The notes: generated by a model from the sequence alone, not told the origin. A stretch of DNA of 64,000 nt from Eledone cirrhosa (GCA_964016885.1 OZ024742.1:235104001-235168000); one strand, 5' to 3'. Shown: positions 42,880 through 59,839, counted from the stretch's first letter. A program made the numbers and translations.

Positions 42880-45057
42880 CAGTGTTACCATGAGTTATGA
42901 GTATCCCAACTAACGAGTTTTTCGAGATAGCTGCCGTCTCTCGGCTGATTTTTTGCTTTGAGTTGCGAGCTAAACTTTGGGTTACGAGCCACCTTCACAT
43001 ACTCACCACTAGTTGGTATAGCGACCGCGACAGTGAATACCGTAACATACACCCAGCATCCCATGGGTCTGATGAAAGTGAGCGTGAAGGTCAGTGCTGA
43101 GAAGAAACGGATGTGCATTGAATTAAAGAAAGAAATTATCGAAAAAACATGACAAAGGTGTGCGTGTAGTCGACTTGGCAAAGCAGTACAAGCGTAACAC
43201 TTCTACGATCTACACCATACTGAAGCAGGAGTCAATAAAGGCTATAACGCCAGCCAAAGGCGTTAAACTAATTTCCAAACAGCAGACATCCATCCATGAA
43301 AATATGGAAAAGCTGTTGATAGTGTGGTTGTCAGAAAAGCAGCTTGCAGGAGATACCATGACGGAGGCTACAATCTATGAGAAGGCATGAGCTATTTACG
43401 CTGATTTGCTGCAGCAAAGCCCAGGCACTTCGACGGACGCGAGGCATCAGGCTAGCCATTTAAAGCCAGTTGGGGCTGGTTCGAGAATTTTAAAAAGAGG
43501 AGCGGTATTCACTCCGTTGTCAGGCATGGTGAGGCAAGCGTGGATATGAAAGCAGCTGAGGATTACCTCAAAATGTTTGCCGGAATTATAGCAGCCAAAG
43601 GATACATCCCGCAGCAATTCTTCAACTGACGAAACAGGACCTTTTTGGAAGATGCCAAGGAGGACTTATATAATGGCAGAGGAGAAGAGGATGCCAGGCC
43701 ACAAACCCATGAAGGATAGGTTAACCCTCACACTGTGTGCCAATGCGAGCGGCAACTGCAAGATTAAGCTACTGCTCGTTTATCATTCGGAAAACCCCAG
43801 AGCCTTTAAGTCACATAAGAATTGCTAGTTATGTGGAGGGCAAGCCCGAGGGTGTGGGTCACCAGACAGTTCTTTGTGGCGTCGGTGTATTTGGTCTTTG
43901 GTTCTGATGCTAAGAAATATCTCCAGGAAATAACGTATCCCTGCAAGCCCTTCTCGTCCTGGACAATGCACTTTCTCACCCACCTAACCTCGAAGAGTTC
44001 AAGTTTATAAAGGTTCTTTACCTTCTATCCAACACCACCCCTATCCTGCAGCCCACGGACCAGCAGGTGATTTCTAATTTCAAGGAGCACTTCACCAACC
44101 ACCTGTTCCGCCGCTGCTTTGAGATGATGGAGAGCACAAACCTCACCCTTTGAGAGTTCTGGAAGGACCATTATAACATCGTGATATGACTCATAATTAT
44201 CGCTATGGCCTGGCAGGGTGTTACAAAGAGGACCTTAACCTCTGTGTGGAAGAAGCTGTGGCCTGAAACGGACTTTGAAAGACACGACCCCGAAGCGGCA
44301 GTAGTGGAGGGGATTGTATCCCTCGGCAAGTCTATGGGCTTGGACATGGATGGAGGTGACATGAACGAGCTCATCGAGGAGCACTGAGGAGCTGACAACG
44401 GAGGAGCTAAAGGAGCTACAGAGGCAGCAGCACACGGAGGTTTAGCAAGAAATAGGCGATATGGAGGACGTTATCTCTACAAGTGAGATAAAGGAAATAT
44501 TGGGAATGTGGAAGAAACTTTCAGACATTATTCAAAAGAAACACCCAGAAAAAGTTGCAACTGGGCTTGTGACGGCGCTATTTAATGACACTTGCCTAAC
44601 TCATTTCAGAAACATTCTGAAGGGGAGGATGAAACAAACCTCATTAGACAGGATTTTATGGAAAACTACTGCAGATAAAAGGGAGGAAATGGTGGCGAAA
44701 AGGGCAAAAATCAGCAAATAAGATTCAGTTATTCAGTTCAGCCTTTCTCCTTCACCTCCATGAACATCCTCAAGTTGTCTGATCTCCAAGGTAAATGCTG
44801 TACATTATACTTAATAAAGCCAGTTTATTGCAGTACATTCTATAGTACTGTTTTTTTTATACAATATTCGTTATTTATAAGTACATTTTTCTTATTTAAA
44901 AACACGTAAAAAAAAAAATTGCAGTGTTTTTGCGGGTCCCGGTCGGATTAATGGCATTTAAATTAATTTCAATAGAAAAATTGATTTGGCATACGAGTAA
45001 TTTGAGTTACAAGCTCCGTCACGAAACAAATTAAACTCGTAAGTCAACGTACCACTG
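42880..45057 (+). mobile_element. Tigger/pogo DNA transposon (decayed, full length)
   Basis: Imperfect TIRs cagtgttacc.. / ..gtaccactg and a TA TSD. CENP-B HTH (ELKKEII, MEKLL.VW) and DDE motifs (FKAS.GWF, FN.DETG, KDRLTL, LQP.DQQVI) lie at 43062-44721 with stops and frameshifts. Confidence 0.93.
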
Positions 45058-45103
45058 TATATGCATACATATACATGCATACATATACATGCATACATAT
45101 ACA

Positions 45104-45480
45104 TCTATATATATAAAGTTGTAGTTCCTGTCTGTTTGTTCACAAACTCCCCCTATAGTTTTGGAGATAGACCCCCATAGGCATATATATTCTGAAACTA
45201 CATTGCCCAGGGTACTTGGATAAGTATATTTCATTTTAATCAAAGGGTTCCCCTGGGGCACAAACCCCCGCTGAAAATTTTTTCCCTTCGATTTATATGA
45301 AATTTAAACCATAGGTAAAAGATATGATGCGTATTCACAAAATTTCAGCAAATTTCAATAATATTAAGACACCCTAATGGGGGTTAAACCCCCTATAGTG
45401 AAAATTTTGGAAGCCCATAACTTGAGTATTGGAACCTCTATTGTCACGGGGGTTTTCTATTAATTAAACGTAAATCAACA
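45104..45480 (+). mobile_element. Probable non-autonomous Helitron 5' part
   Basis: The start a|TCTATATATATAAAgttgtag..ctgtctgtttgtt is typical of Helitron 5' ends. No 3' end was identified. Confidence 0.4.
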
Positions 45481-45719
45481 AAAGAAGCACCTCTCTTTTA
45501 TAGTAAAATCTAGACATTTTTTTCAGACATCCCTTATACCATGGAAAAGAAAATCCAGTTATGCAAATAATCCACATGCAAAAAGGATGAGGCTTCGTCA
45601 TCAATGTGAAAGCTGTGATGCAAGGAAAGAACAACTTTCTAGCCAAAGACAGAGGCAGAGTCTCGGTAAAATGAAAGTAGTTATGCAAGGGAAGAACGAC
45701 TTTATAAGCAAAGACATAT

Positions 45720-46062
45720 AGTACATATATATATATACATAAATATGCATACGCCCGCTTTTCCCTGCATACACATATATATACATACATATATATATAT
45801 ATACATACATACATATATATGCATACATATATATATACATCCATATATATGCATACACATATATATACATCCATATATATGCATACACATATACATACAT
45901 CCATATATATGCATACACATATACATACATACATATATATGCATACACATATACATACATATATATGCATACACATATACATAGATATATATGCATACAC
46001 ATATACATAGATATATATGCATACACACATATATATATATATATACACACATATATATATAT

Positions 46063-46113
<51 letters not shown>

Positions 46114-46826
46114 AATATATATATATATATATATATACACACAAATATATATATATATACATACACACATATATATATATGCATACACACATATATATAT
46201 ATATGCATACACACATATATATATATGCATACACACATATATATATATATATGCATACACACATATATATATATATATGCATACACACATATATATATAT
46301 ATATGCATACACACATATATATATATATGCATACACACATATATATATGCATACATATATATATACATATATATATACATACATATATATATATATATGC
46401 ATACATATATATATATATGCATACATATATATATGCATACACATATTTATATATACATACATATATACACATACACATATTTATATATACATACATATAT
46501 ACACATATATATATTCATATATATGCATACACATATATATATTCATATATATGCATACACATATTTATATATACATACATATATATACATACACATATAT
46601 ACATACACATATATATACATACACATATATATACATACACATATATATAGATATATATACATACATATATATACATACACATATATACATACACATATAT
46701 ATAGATATATATACATACACATATATACATACACATATATATAGATATATATACATACATATATATATATACAGATATATATACATACAGATATATATAC
46801 ATACAGATATATATATATACATACAT

Positions 46827-46865
<39 letters not shown>

Positions 46866-47012
46866 CACATATATATATATACATATACATACACATATAT
46901 ATATACATATACATACACATATATATATACATATACATACACATATATACATATACATACACATATATATATATACATACACATATATATATATACATAC
47001 ATATATATATAC

Positions 47013-47061
<49 letters not shown>

Positions 47062-47145
47062 CATACATATATATATATACATACATATATATATATACAT
47101 ACATACATATATATATATACATACATATATATATATACATACATA

Positions 47146-47218
<73 letters not shown>

Positions 47219-47650
47219 ACATATATATATATACATATATATATATACATACATATATATATACATACATACATATATACATACATACATATACATATAT
47301 ATATATATATCTCCAAAATTAAATTAAGGGTGTCATGTCAGAGAGACATGCGCCATATCCACTGTAGAATGTACTCCAAGATTCCAATGAATAGATCCGA
47401 GCATTTTATATCAACTAGAAATTGATTGACATATATATATATATATCTAAAATATATATATATATATATATATATACATATGCATACACATATATATATA
47501 TATACATACATATGCATACACATATATATATATATAAATAGATACATATATATATACATATATATATATATACATACATATATATGCATACACACACATA
47601 TATACATACATATAAAAACATATATATATATATATACGTGTGTGTATATA
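45720..47650. repeat. Compound TA/CA/TGCA microsatellite array
   Basis: Direct reading. Confidence 0.93.
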
Positions 47651-48099
47651 TAACTTTGATAGGTTTCGGCCAGTATTGGCCCATGCCATGTCTAACTTAA
47701 TAGCACCACCTCACGTGTTGGTCATTGGATCTGTGGCAATCTTCTGCACCAATCCTTTGTTATCCACATTTCCAAAAAATGTGGCTGGCCCTACACAAGC
47801 TTTCACCACTGTAAATAACTCTTTTGTGTGGGTAGCTGCTGATAAAAAGGACTCAAAAGCCAACTGGCGAGAGGGGAATGAGTATTACTGGAAATCCTTA
47901 GCTGGTGCACTACACACTGGCAATCATCAGGTGATGGCCATTCATGCACAAAATGTGTAATGTATGCTGTTTGTGTCCTTTGATGGTAACAAAGCAGGTC
48001 TTTTTAGAGATAGTACTGCTTTCCCTATACAGGGAGTTGGCGATAGAAGGAGCCCTAAACAAATGCTTACTCAATACTTTAACTTAACAGTCAACCTCA

Positions 48100-49430
48100 G
48101 CTGTCTGGTTATCCAAATACGCAGTCAAAACAAAAGGAAAAGAAAATGTTTAACTTTTGGTTCCTGGAACATTCCAAGACAGTGACTCCAACTCGGATCG
48201 AAGATCAGTCCTCATCTGTAATGTACTCAACAGACACAGTATTGATATCTGTGCAGTAAGTGAAACACGAGTCCTTGGCATATCCCAGTGGAAGAAGTGG
48301 AAGAGGGCTACTCAGTTTTCTGGTCTGGAAAGAGTGAAGAAGACCACCGTCAATTGGGTGTTGGTTTTGTCATCAGATTTGTCATTGCCAAATCCCTAAC
48401 ATCATTCCCCAAAGGTGTCAGTGATCGTATAATGACTGTCACTGGATTTAGCAAACAACACCTCTGTTACAGTAGTAAGTTGCTATGCCACAACACTCTG
48501 CTCAGTGAGCAAGAGATTGAAATATTCTACGATCAGCTTCACACAGTGGTCTCTTCTGTTTCCAAAAGAACAAACTGATCATAATGGGAGATTTCAATGC
48601 TAGAGTTGGAAATGACTTTCAAACATGGCATAATGACCTTGGATCTAATGAAGTCGAAGCTATGAACTCCAATGGGCTTAGGCTGCTCTCACTCTGTAAA
48701 GAATTTGATCTCAGCATCAACGTGTAAACCCTAAAACAACATGGATACATCCTAGATCCAAAGAGTGGCATATGATTGACTATGTCATCACCTAAAATCA
48801 CTTGTTCTTTTCACTCTTCTTATTTCTCAGATCATGCACTGCTGCACAGTAAAGTTTCACTCAATCTTACAAACAAAAGGCATCTTCAGAGGCCACATAT
48901 CCCACTCAAAATTGATGTGGGCAAGCTGTGATCAGTTAATGGGAGGCTGAACTTTCAGCAAAGCTTGACTCATCTCTCAACTCTGTCCAGATTTCTGATG
49001 ACATTAAGGCTTCCTGGAAAACGCTCAAAGATGCCACCTATGCAGCCTCTGTAGAAATCTTAGCATTTCTATGAGAAAACATCAAGACTGGTTTGATGAA
49101 GGCAACTCGGATGTCCAGAACCTTATCGGCAGGATGCATAACTTACACAGGATTTGGATTGGAGATAAAAACTCAGTAACAAAAAAGATAGCCTAGAAAG
49201 ATTGCAAGCAACAAAATACAGTCCTCACTTAGAAAGATGAAGGATGCCTGGTAGAAGGCTAGAGCAGCCAACTATAAGAAGCTGCTGATAAAAAGGACTC
49301 ACAAGCCTTTTATAATGGTCTCAAGGCAATGCATGGTCTGAGGGAGGTAAAATCCAGTGCTTACTTCTGATGGAACATTCCTATACACAGACAAAGCTGA
49401 GCTTCGCACTCACTGGAAGGAACGCTGAAT
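48100..49430 (+). mobile_element. Old RTE-BovB-like LINE 5' half (APE)
   Basis: GSWNI, IDICAVSETR, YSVFWSG, LGVGF, SDRIMT, MGDFNARVG, TWIHPRSKEWHMIDYVI and KHQDWFDE, with many disruptions. Confidence 0.85.
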
Positions 49431-49625
49431 CAAAGATGAAATGGAAATACTAATTTGCATATAATTAGCAGTCATGTTGGGTATTATTTTAAGATATATA
49501 TTGAGAAGACCCATGCTAGCGTGGAAGATGGACGTTAAACGAAGATGATGACTAACAGGCTCAGTTACACTCTGTATTTATACAGATATAACTACATCAT
49601 ACATTTCAGTTGCCAGCACACATCT

Positions 49626-49680
<55 letters not shown>

Positions 49681-49859
49681 TATACACACAATATGTGTGT
49701 CTGTGTGTGTATAATTATATATATATATATATAATAGTAATGATAATAACCCAATAATAAAAAGTAATAGGGGAATGAAATTACATTGTCGAGGTTTATT
49801 GGCTGAACAGGTTAATGTTCTGTTTAGAGAACAGGTTCAAAATGTTTATATGCGACACT

Positions 49860-50520
49860 GATCTTGTGCACACAAGTAGGGCAGCGTTCCAAGAGCCTGT
49901 TCAAGACTGGGCTCTTGACAAACAAAATTTTGAAACTTTCCCAGATGCATAATTCATAATGTTTATGTCCGCCCTCGTAAGATTACACAATCCGGAGTAT
50001 TTTCCATCACAAAGTAAATGGTATGGAATTCCTCTTTAGGTCCCCTACATGAGCAGCATGTGCCATTTGGATAACTTTGTCAGGTTTTTGAAAGAAATGG
50101 GTATGTGCATACCTCCAGGTATATGCCTTTGTCGAGGTGTTCACAATGACATCACATTTGTACACAATGTCATTTGTCAGGCACTTTTGGTTATGTGGGC
50201 TGTTACATAGTGCCCTTGTACAAGCAAGGGTTTTGGATGTTGTCTGAGGAATATTCATATTTGTGATGTTTCTAGCTAAGCTAGGTGTGGTAGAGTATGA
50301 AAGCCTAGTTGTGTTTCTGTTGAGGAAGATGTAATATTGTGCTGCGTGGGGAAGTGTTTCTTAAGTAACATGAAAAACTTTCTAGCTACTGATGTGGACA
50401 CAGGTATGTTGAAGGGAGTGGTGATAACAACTTATGTGCCTATTGCAGAGGAACTAGGTGTGTTATTGGTGTAGGTTATTTTTTCCCTTAATCCACTATG
50501 AGCTAAATGTTTATCTCTTC
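49860..50520 (-). pseudogene. Heavily decayed PLE C-terminal fragment
   Basis: Manual translation gives TPFNIPVSTSVARKFF.LLKKHFP..NRNTTRLSYSTTPSLARNI and CLTNDIVYKCDV. Confidence 0.75.
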
Positions 50521-50818
50521 CCGGTGATGAAATATTTACACATATATAAATATACATATACACACACACATATATATATATATACTTACTTCGTTTTTGA
50601 ATTTGTTTTGTAAGATTTCTCATCTGAAAGCACGTGTTGAAACATATTGTTATACTTTGGGAGGGTCATGTTGCCAATAAAAACACACACACCTGTTGAT
50701 TTTCACTTCAATTTATTATAAATTTCCAGTTGGTTCAATAACCAGAAATTTATAATAAATAACCAACAGGTGGGTGTGTTTTTATTGGCAGCATGACCCT
50801 CCCAAAGTATAACAAAAA

Positions 50819-50967
<149 letters not shown>

Positions 50968-53649
50968 CTATTGACATAATGAGTACTGCATACTGAAGTA
51001 GAGTTTAAATATTCTTTACTATGCTAAGTCTTGTTACTCTGGAGTTTCACCTGTGCATTTACAGGATCTTTTGAGTACACAGGTGAAACTCCAGAGTAAT
51101 AAGACTCACCACTTAGCCATAATAAAGAATATATATATGTATATATATATATATAAAGTAACCATCTCTGAGGGTACCTTATATATTTTGGTTATCAGCT
51201 ATCATATGGCTATCTGCCTTGCAGTGATTCCCTACCTGTGCCAAACTCCAATGTCTGCTGGTAGATATTGGGAACCACTGGTCTCTATCATACTTTCTTT
51301 TTTCAATATGATAAAAGGCACCAGCAAAAATAATTAGCTAAAATTTAAATAGTGATCATTATAGCAATAAAATGAATGAAATTATTAAATAAAAAAAAAA
51401 AAAAAAGATATTTTTTACCAAGTTTAAGAAAACTTTTCCACGGCTACAAGAAGAGTTTGGGTCAAATGGAGGCCCAGTCATATTTTAGGATATATATATA
51501 AAATGTCTAACATAATATTATTTTTGAACTTCTGTCAGCTCCAATGAGTGTTCCAGTCGATTCAATCAATAGATCAGCCTGCTCATGAAATTAATGTGTA
51601 AGTGACTGAACATTCTATAGACATGTGTACCCTTAACATAGTTCTGAAGGAATTTTAGCATGGCAAATCAATTGTACCTCTAATTAAAACCTCTGTTTTA
51701 ATTAGAGGTACAATTGATTTTTTTTTTTTTTCAAGCTGAGTTGACTGGAGCAATATGTAATGTGTCTTGTTCAAAGATACAACGTACCGCTGGGAATTGA
51801 ATTCACAACCATATGACTGTGAGCAGAACACCCTAACCACTAAGCCACATGCCTTCACAAGTCTAACATTATAATCTAACAATATAATTCTCATACAAAC
51901 CAGTTTCCTTGCTGAAATACACCTTGAAATAGTGAGTACCACAAATTCTTTGTATCAATTTCTTAGGTCAAAATATTTCTTTACTGAGTATTTCAGGTAT
52001 TTTTATATTCACTATGACATATATAGCATTGCTAGAGCAATATTCCTTCATACATGGAATCATAGGGGCAATTATTCTCTGATTATGACACAATAACATC
52101 TGAAATGCAGGCATAAAAATATTCTCATGATTTTCCGTGTACAGAGCAATAGTCAATTGTGACAACTAGGGCTTCTAATTCAAAAATAACAGCTATATCT
52201 AGAACAAGTTTAACCTAACCTCTCACATGTACACTGTTCCAACATAAATATGTATTACCTATTGTCTAAAACATGCAAGCATGGAAAAGTAGGCGTAAAA
52301 TGATGATGATGGTGATTATCTAATTTTAAACTTAGTCAAACCGTGAAGAAAATGAGGCAACATTTGCAAACAAAGGCAATCACAAATCTCACAATAGAAT
52401 GTTTGTTTTTGTATAATTATAGCAATTTAACCAATATTTTGTGATAACAGCAAAGTGCAGTTTGAAATATATAATCAGAGCAGTAAGAAATAGTATTTTA
52501 GTGGCTACTGGCTACACAGTGGAAACAGTATCAGGGGGATAGCGAATTTAGGAAAAAAAAACACTTTTGGAAAGTTTTAAAAAATAAAAAATTATTAAGT
52601 GATTTGTTCAATATATTAATCATAAGAAAATAATTCACGTTTTGAAAAGGCAGGTTCACTGAGAAAACACAAGGGCATAGGAAGGGAGGTAACTGCAAAG
52701 CGCTAACTCTCCCAATACCTGACAATAGTTAGTTTTTCATTACACCTAGTTAAAATAGAATTGGTATTGAACAAGACACGAGAAAAGGATTTCTCAATTT
52801 GTAATAGAAGGAAATGGGTCTTATTTCTGAATAATTCATTAGGAATTTTTCTTTTTAGATTTATTAAGGTGTAAAATAAAAGCAACTGTAAGCAGTTCAA
52901 AACAAAATCAGTAGGTTCTTGTAAAAAAAAAATCTTTAAACATCAAAACAGGTTGTTACTCTATTCTAGAATTTTTTTACTCTGATGAAGGATAAACATG
53001 ACATATGTTTTGTTGGATGGATAGACTTATTACCCACAATTACATCATGATAGGACAAGGAATATTTCCATTATATAAGCTTTGAAATTGTCATCACTAT
53101 AAACTTTATTTGTTTGTGAGTGTCATAGTGATAAGCTATATTGTGAATTTGATATCCCATCAAACTATTGAATTTATAAACATCTGTGTTTATTCCTTAA
53201 TCACAGGGCCCTAGTGAGTAAAAAAGCATATTGCAGCAAAAAAAAAAAATCTATTATATACATTATGATATAACTAGAAAAATGATTTTACATGCAATAT
53301 ATGGATTGACAAATTGAAAATATCAGCATATTTTCAGTGAACTTAAAAAAATTCAATAAAGTACAATTATGTTAATTTCAAATATGAAAATATTTTTTTT
53401 AAATGAGTTAGAAACAAAGAAAAATATCAAGGAATGGGAAGGAATCATAATTTATGTTCACCCAAGTTTCAGAAACTGAAGAAAAATCTTGCTTTATCAG
53501 CACTAGGTGTCTCAGAGGTGGGATATTCTTCATATCATTGAGTACTTTTCATATAAGCCCTCTCTCTACATACTTTGATATTCCTCTCTGAGCCCACCAC
53601 AACAAACACATCCATACAAGAAAAAGAGTAACCTTTTCCACTATGTGTG

Positions 53650-53708
<59 letters not shown>

Positions 53709-53789
53709 GTAATCTGAGTTTTTCGAATATTAATAACATTCAATTTGTTTGCAATTATGCAAACAAGCCTCATTGTTAAAGCCATGTCA

Positions 53790-55343
<1,554 letters not shown>

Positions 55344-55743
55344 CTAAATTAGTATGCAAATTATTATGAATTAAATTCTTGAATATTAATTTAATGTTAC
55401 TGTTAATAAAATTGATGGTTTTATATTAATGAGTAGGATGGCAGCATTTATAAGATTTACACAATTCAATTATTTTAATTTTCATAGTTTTTCTTTCCCC
55501 TCTTAAAGCATATGGTTGCATTCAGGATTGACACAGTAACCCTATTTGACAACACATAAATATTGTAGTTAAATTCAGCCAAACTAAAAAAAAAAAAAAC
55601 AGATAAAACTCTGAAGAATCCATCACTGTTGATCTTCATATTGGAGAATAAATAAAGGTCTGGTGAACAGTTTGATAATTTTTCCAAATGATCAAATTGG
55701 TAAATAAAACAGCCTTTATTTGAAAGTTAGCAGCAGCAGTAGT

Positions 55744-55836
55744 CTATGCTAGTAAACCTAGTCGACTTACTTTGGCAGAGAGGAAAGTGTGAAGAACAAA
55801 CACAATAGGTTTGGGACATGTGTGCAGGTCAAGCTC
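55744..55836 (-). CDS. SNTB1: Syntrophin (alpha/beta-type), last coding exon (SU domain end)
   Basis: tttcag|[30 protein letters not shown] is the hallmark syntrophin C-terminus. Phase 0 matches the upstream exon. Confidence 0.93.
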   Translation of the reverse strand, partial: ELDLHTCPKPIVFVLHTFLSAKVSRLGLLA

Positions 55837-57330
55837 CTGAAAACAAAACAAAAATCAAAGTAAAATAAACATTTCAATTTGATAGACAATAATGTTTACA
55901 TAAGACAGAGATATGTTCTATATTTCTTTTATTGGAGCACCACCACCTTAGAAAGATTTGGTTGATTACATCAACCCCAGTACTTTTTTCTTCATGTCTG
56001 GTACTAATTTTATCAATATCTTTTTGTGAAACCATTGAGTTATAAGACATGAATGAATGGAAATGAAATGAAATGGAATGGACTTCCATTGGTTTTCAGT
56101 AATTAATGTTCCAGTTGTTCAAATAGCTCTCTCAAACCCATATTGTCTCCATTCTACTGACAACCACTTTACAGAGTGTACTAGGTGCATTTAACCATGG
56201 CACCAATACTAGAGAGGTTGTCAAGTTCTTGACATGGCCAAAGGATCTCTTCTACCCTATTTTGTCAACTCTTTACACATAAAGAGAAAACAGACAGAGC
56301 ATACTTTGATTCTTTTACTAGTTTCAGTCATTGAATTAGGGACATGCTGGTGCCTTGTCTTGGAGTTTATTATATGATCCCCACTACTTATTTTCAAGTC
56401 TGGTACTTATTTTTTTATCTCTATTTGTTGAACTGCAAAGTTACTGGGCACAAACAAACATCACCCATTTATTAAGCAGTGTGGTGCCAACATAAATACA
56501 GACTCACAAGAACAGACCAACATATATATACAATGTGTTTCTGCACAGTTTCCATCTACCCAAATAGAAGACATTTGCCCAAAGTGCCACACAGTGGGAC
56601 TGGACTTGAAGCCACACAGTTGCAAAGTAAACTTCTTAACCACACAGTCATATGATCTCATCATCATCGTTTAACATCCACTCTCCATGGTTAGAAGGGT
56701 TGTCACTTTATGAGACAAGTCAGGTTAGGTGACGTGGCCAAGTATTGTTCATACAGATCTAATGCCAACCATGTTGCAGTGTGGACTGTGTGCTTTTTGT
56801 CATGGCACCAAAATAACCATCTAACAGGCTGGATTAAACAATCAAAACTACACCTATTAGATTTTGAGCTTGCTTTAAATTATTCTACTCCACCATAGGT
56901 TTACTTAATCAAAAAGAAAAGAAAAGGAACCAACCATCCGAACAGACCAAGGAAACAATGTTTCCATTGATTGTTCTAATGCTGATACTATCTGCAGGTC
57001 ATAAGTCCTGCAAGAAACAGGATTTGAACTCAGAATGCACAAAGGTAGATCAGGGTCCATAGTGCAACCCGTTCAACTCTTTAACAATTCTGCCAATCCA
57101 CTGCCCCTGGACTGCTACTTAATTTATCCAGACTGAAATGAATACAGGCGAAGTTGACCTCAGCAGGATTTCAACTCAGAGTGAAGGGTATTGAAAATCT
57201 GATGCCCTACTGACCCTGCCAATTCACCACCAAAGATTACTGTAACTATTAAAAACAAACTATAGATACATGTTTTACAATTCAAAATTCATAAATTACC
57301 TTTTATGGTACATAAGAAAACAACAATATA

Positions 57331-58520
57331 CAGGGTGTGTCAGATTTTTGAGGACATTTGCATGAGTTTAGAAAAAGATGTGTAGCACATCTAAGAAATG
57401 CTATCTTTAGATACAAATTGGCACAAATATTATTTTTAATACATTAACTTCAGTGACTGCTTCAATACGGGATCTGAAGCATTGGCATACCTGAATCAAA
57501 TGACCTCTGTCGATACTGAACATTGTGCTGGTAATGGCAGACTTAAGAGCTTCTACAGTGTTGTGAGGGTGATGATTGACCCCATATGTAATAGTTCAGG
57601 GAATTGAGATCTGGCAAGCTAGGAGGCCATGTACCTGGAAAAACGTAGTCCTGGAGATTATCACACATCCATGCTTGTGTCATTCTAGCCTTATGAGAGG
57701 GCATAGTCTTGTTGGCAGACAGATGGTCTGCCGTTGCTTATTCTGTTTATCCAACACCTCTTTGTTGACAGCAGCATTGATTCTTAAGCCACGAGAAAAA
57801 AAAATATGGAGGCAGAATATTTCCCTCTTTGGTGATGACATCCAGAACCATCACAGTCACTGGAAATTTGGTGTGCATGACTGTTGGAACCTCGTTTATG
57901 TTTCTACATAGCCCTCTATCATTCCTTCGGTTTACCTTTTGGTCCTGATCAAAGTTCTTCTCATCAGAAAAGAACCAAAGCATTCCAGCTTCTTGATGTT
58001 TTATCTTATTCAGTAAGCACTTTGCATGGACCAAACGATTTTCTTTTGTCACATCTGACATAAACTGGCCTCTCCATATCACACCAACTTATATTGGATG
58101 TCTTCATGGACAACTCTTCTGATGATGCATTCTGAAACCTTAAGGTCCTTTGCGATGGTTCTGATTGACTTTCCTGAAGTTTTATCGATTAATTTTTAAA
58201 ACTTTTTTTTACAAACTTAGGCATTCTGATTGTCATTAGACCTTGTGCATGCGTTTTGTGCTTGGCTACTGATGTTGGATCCCCCTCAGTAGCTTCCAGA
58301 TCCTTTCTAACTTTGATGATGAAGTATCGGGAAAATTTCAAGAAGGAAATTATCGGTGTATCACTATGATGTGCTTTCAAAGCAATGAATACAACGTGCC
58401 TTTTCTTTTGCTGAGTCAATTTATGTCTGGTATTATTTATCTTAAAAATTAAAACAAACAAATTAGTAATAAGGAAGTTAGAGCTCAAGAAAGAGGTTTC
58501 CCCAAAAAACTGATACCCTG
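57331..58520 (-). mobile_element. Tc1/mariner-superfamily transposon (decayed) in the last syntrophin intron
   Basis: TIRs ta|cagggtgtgtcagattttt and aaaaaactgataccctg|ta; transposase WFFSDEKNFDQDQKVNRRNDR..KFPVTVMV. Confidence 0.88.
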
Positions 58521-58551
58521 TATACAATTAGTACATCCAAGTTCCACATAC

Positions 58552-58733
58552 CTGCTCTCCTTCACCAAAATCTAACCACAATAGGCGTTGTCCATCATCA
58601 GCAGTCATCCGAAGTTTTTCAAATGGATATTGCCAAAATATATGATTCTGAGATAATTCATCCTCTTTTAACAGTGTCAGACCATTTTCATAGTGAACCA
58701 GCAGTTTAGTTTCTTGCCTGCTCCAAGTGGCAG
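58552..58733 (-). CDS. SNTB1: Syntrophin penultimate exon
   Basis: aag|..ATWSRQETKLLVHYENG..WQYPFEKLRMTADDGQRLLWLDFGEGEQ|gtatgt; 182 nt, phase 1 to 0. Confidence 0.93.
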
Positions 58734-59839
58734 CTTGAAAAAAAATTGGATAATTTATGATAATTGATGATGATCTATTAATAATGTTGCACAGGACAAT
58801 GTCCATGCCATACTGTGGCCCCATAACTTTTAATGCAGTTGTAGGGGCACCATCATGACATTACAGCATGCCTTGAGCATTTAAACCTGGCAGAGCCCAT
58901 ATTCTCTAGGTGACAGAAAAAGAAAAAGTAAAAAAAAAGATATGAAGGAAGAATCGACCTGGTTTTTTGTTTATTGACCTTGAAAGAATGAAAAGGCAAA
59001 ACTGTCCTTGGTGGAATTTGATCTCAGAGTACTAAGAGCCAGAATGAATACTATATAGAATTTTGATATTCTAAAGGCTCTGCCAATTCCCCACCTACAT
59101 GACACTGTAGTATAAGTCTAAGAAAGAGCAATAATTAGAGAGTAATAAATGAAACAAATACATATAACCATTATTCATTAACTGTATAATTTAATTCATA
59201 CAAATCTTTTTAAATGGTTTAAATCTGTTCCAAGCCAGAGCTTATTCCAGTTTTGTTGGCATTAAATAACTGAGAATACAAGACTCTTCTCTGAACAGGG
59301 TGTCAGTTCACTGCAGGTCTAACTACCACCACCTGCTGCTTGGCACTCATTTTTAGCTGAGTAGACTGGAGCAACATGAAATAAAGTAACTTACTCAAAG
59401 ACATAAGACAGCCCCCTGTCCAGAAATTGAACTCACTAACTTAGGATCAAGAGACCAACACTAACTACAATAGTTTTCATCTTCATGTATTATCATCATC
59501 ATTTGACACTAATTTTTTCCTTGTCAGCATGAATTGGAGAAATATGTTTTGTTCACACATCCACTTTTTGGGGGCATCATTTCTACAGCTGGATGCCCTT
59601 TCTATTGCCAACCTCAATACAGAGTATACTGAATATATTTTATCATGACATCAGTACAGAGTGTAATTGGACTATGTTATTGAGGCACCAATACCACCTC
59701 TTCCCAAAATGCATAGGTTGAATTTAAATATGGCACCAGCACTACCAGTTTACAGAGTGTACTGGGTACATATTGTAGTACCAGCACTACATTTAGTACG
59801 CTCTCAATGATTCAGCTAGCACCAATTCAAATTGTGAAA

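Noticed and set aside
52982-53020. CTGATGA followed by a small hairpin as a hammerhead
   Set aside because: No GAAA or stem III, and no stem I partner.
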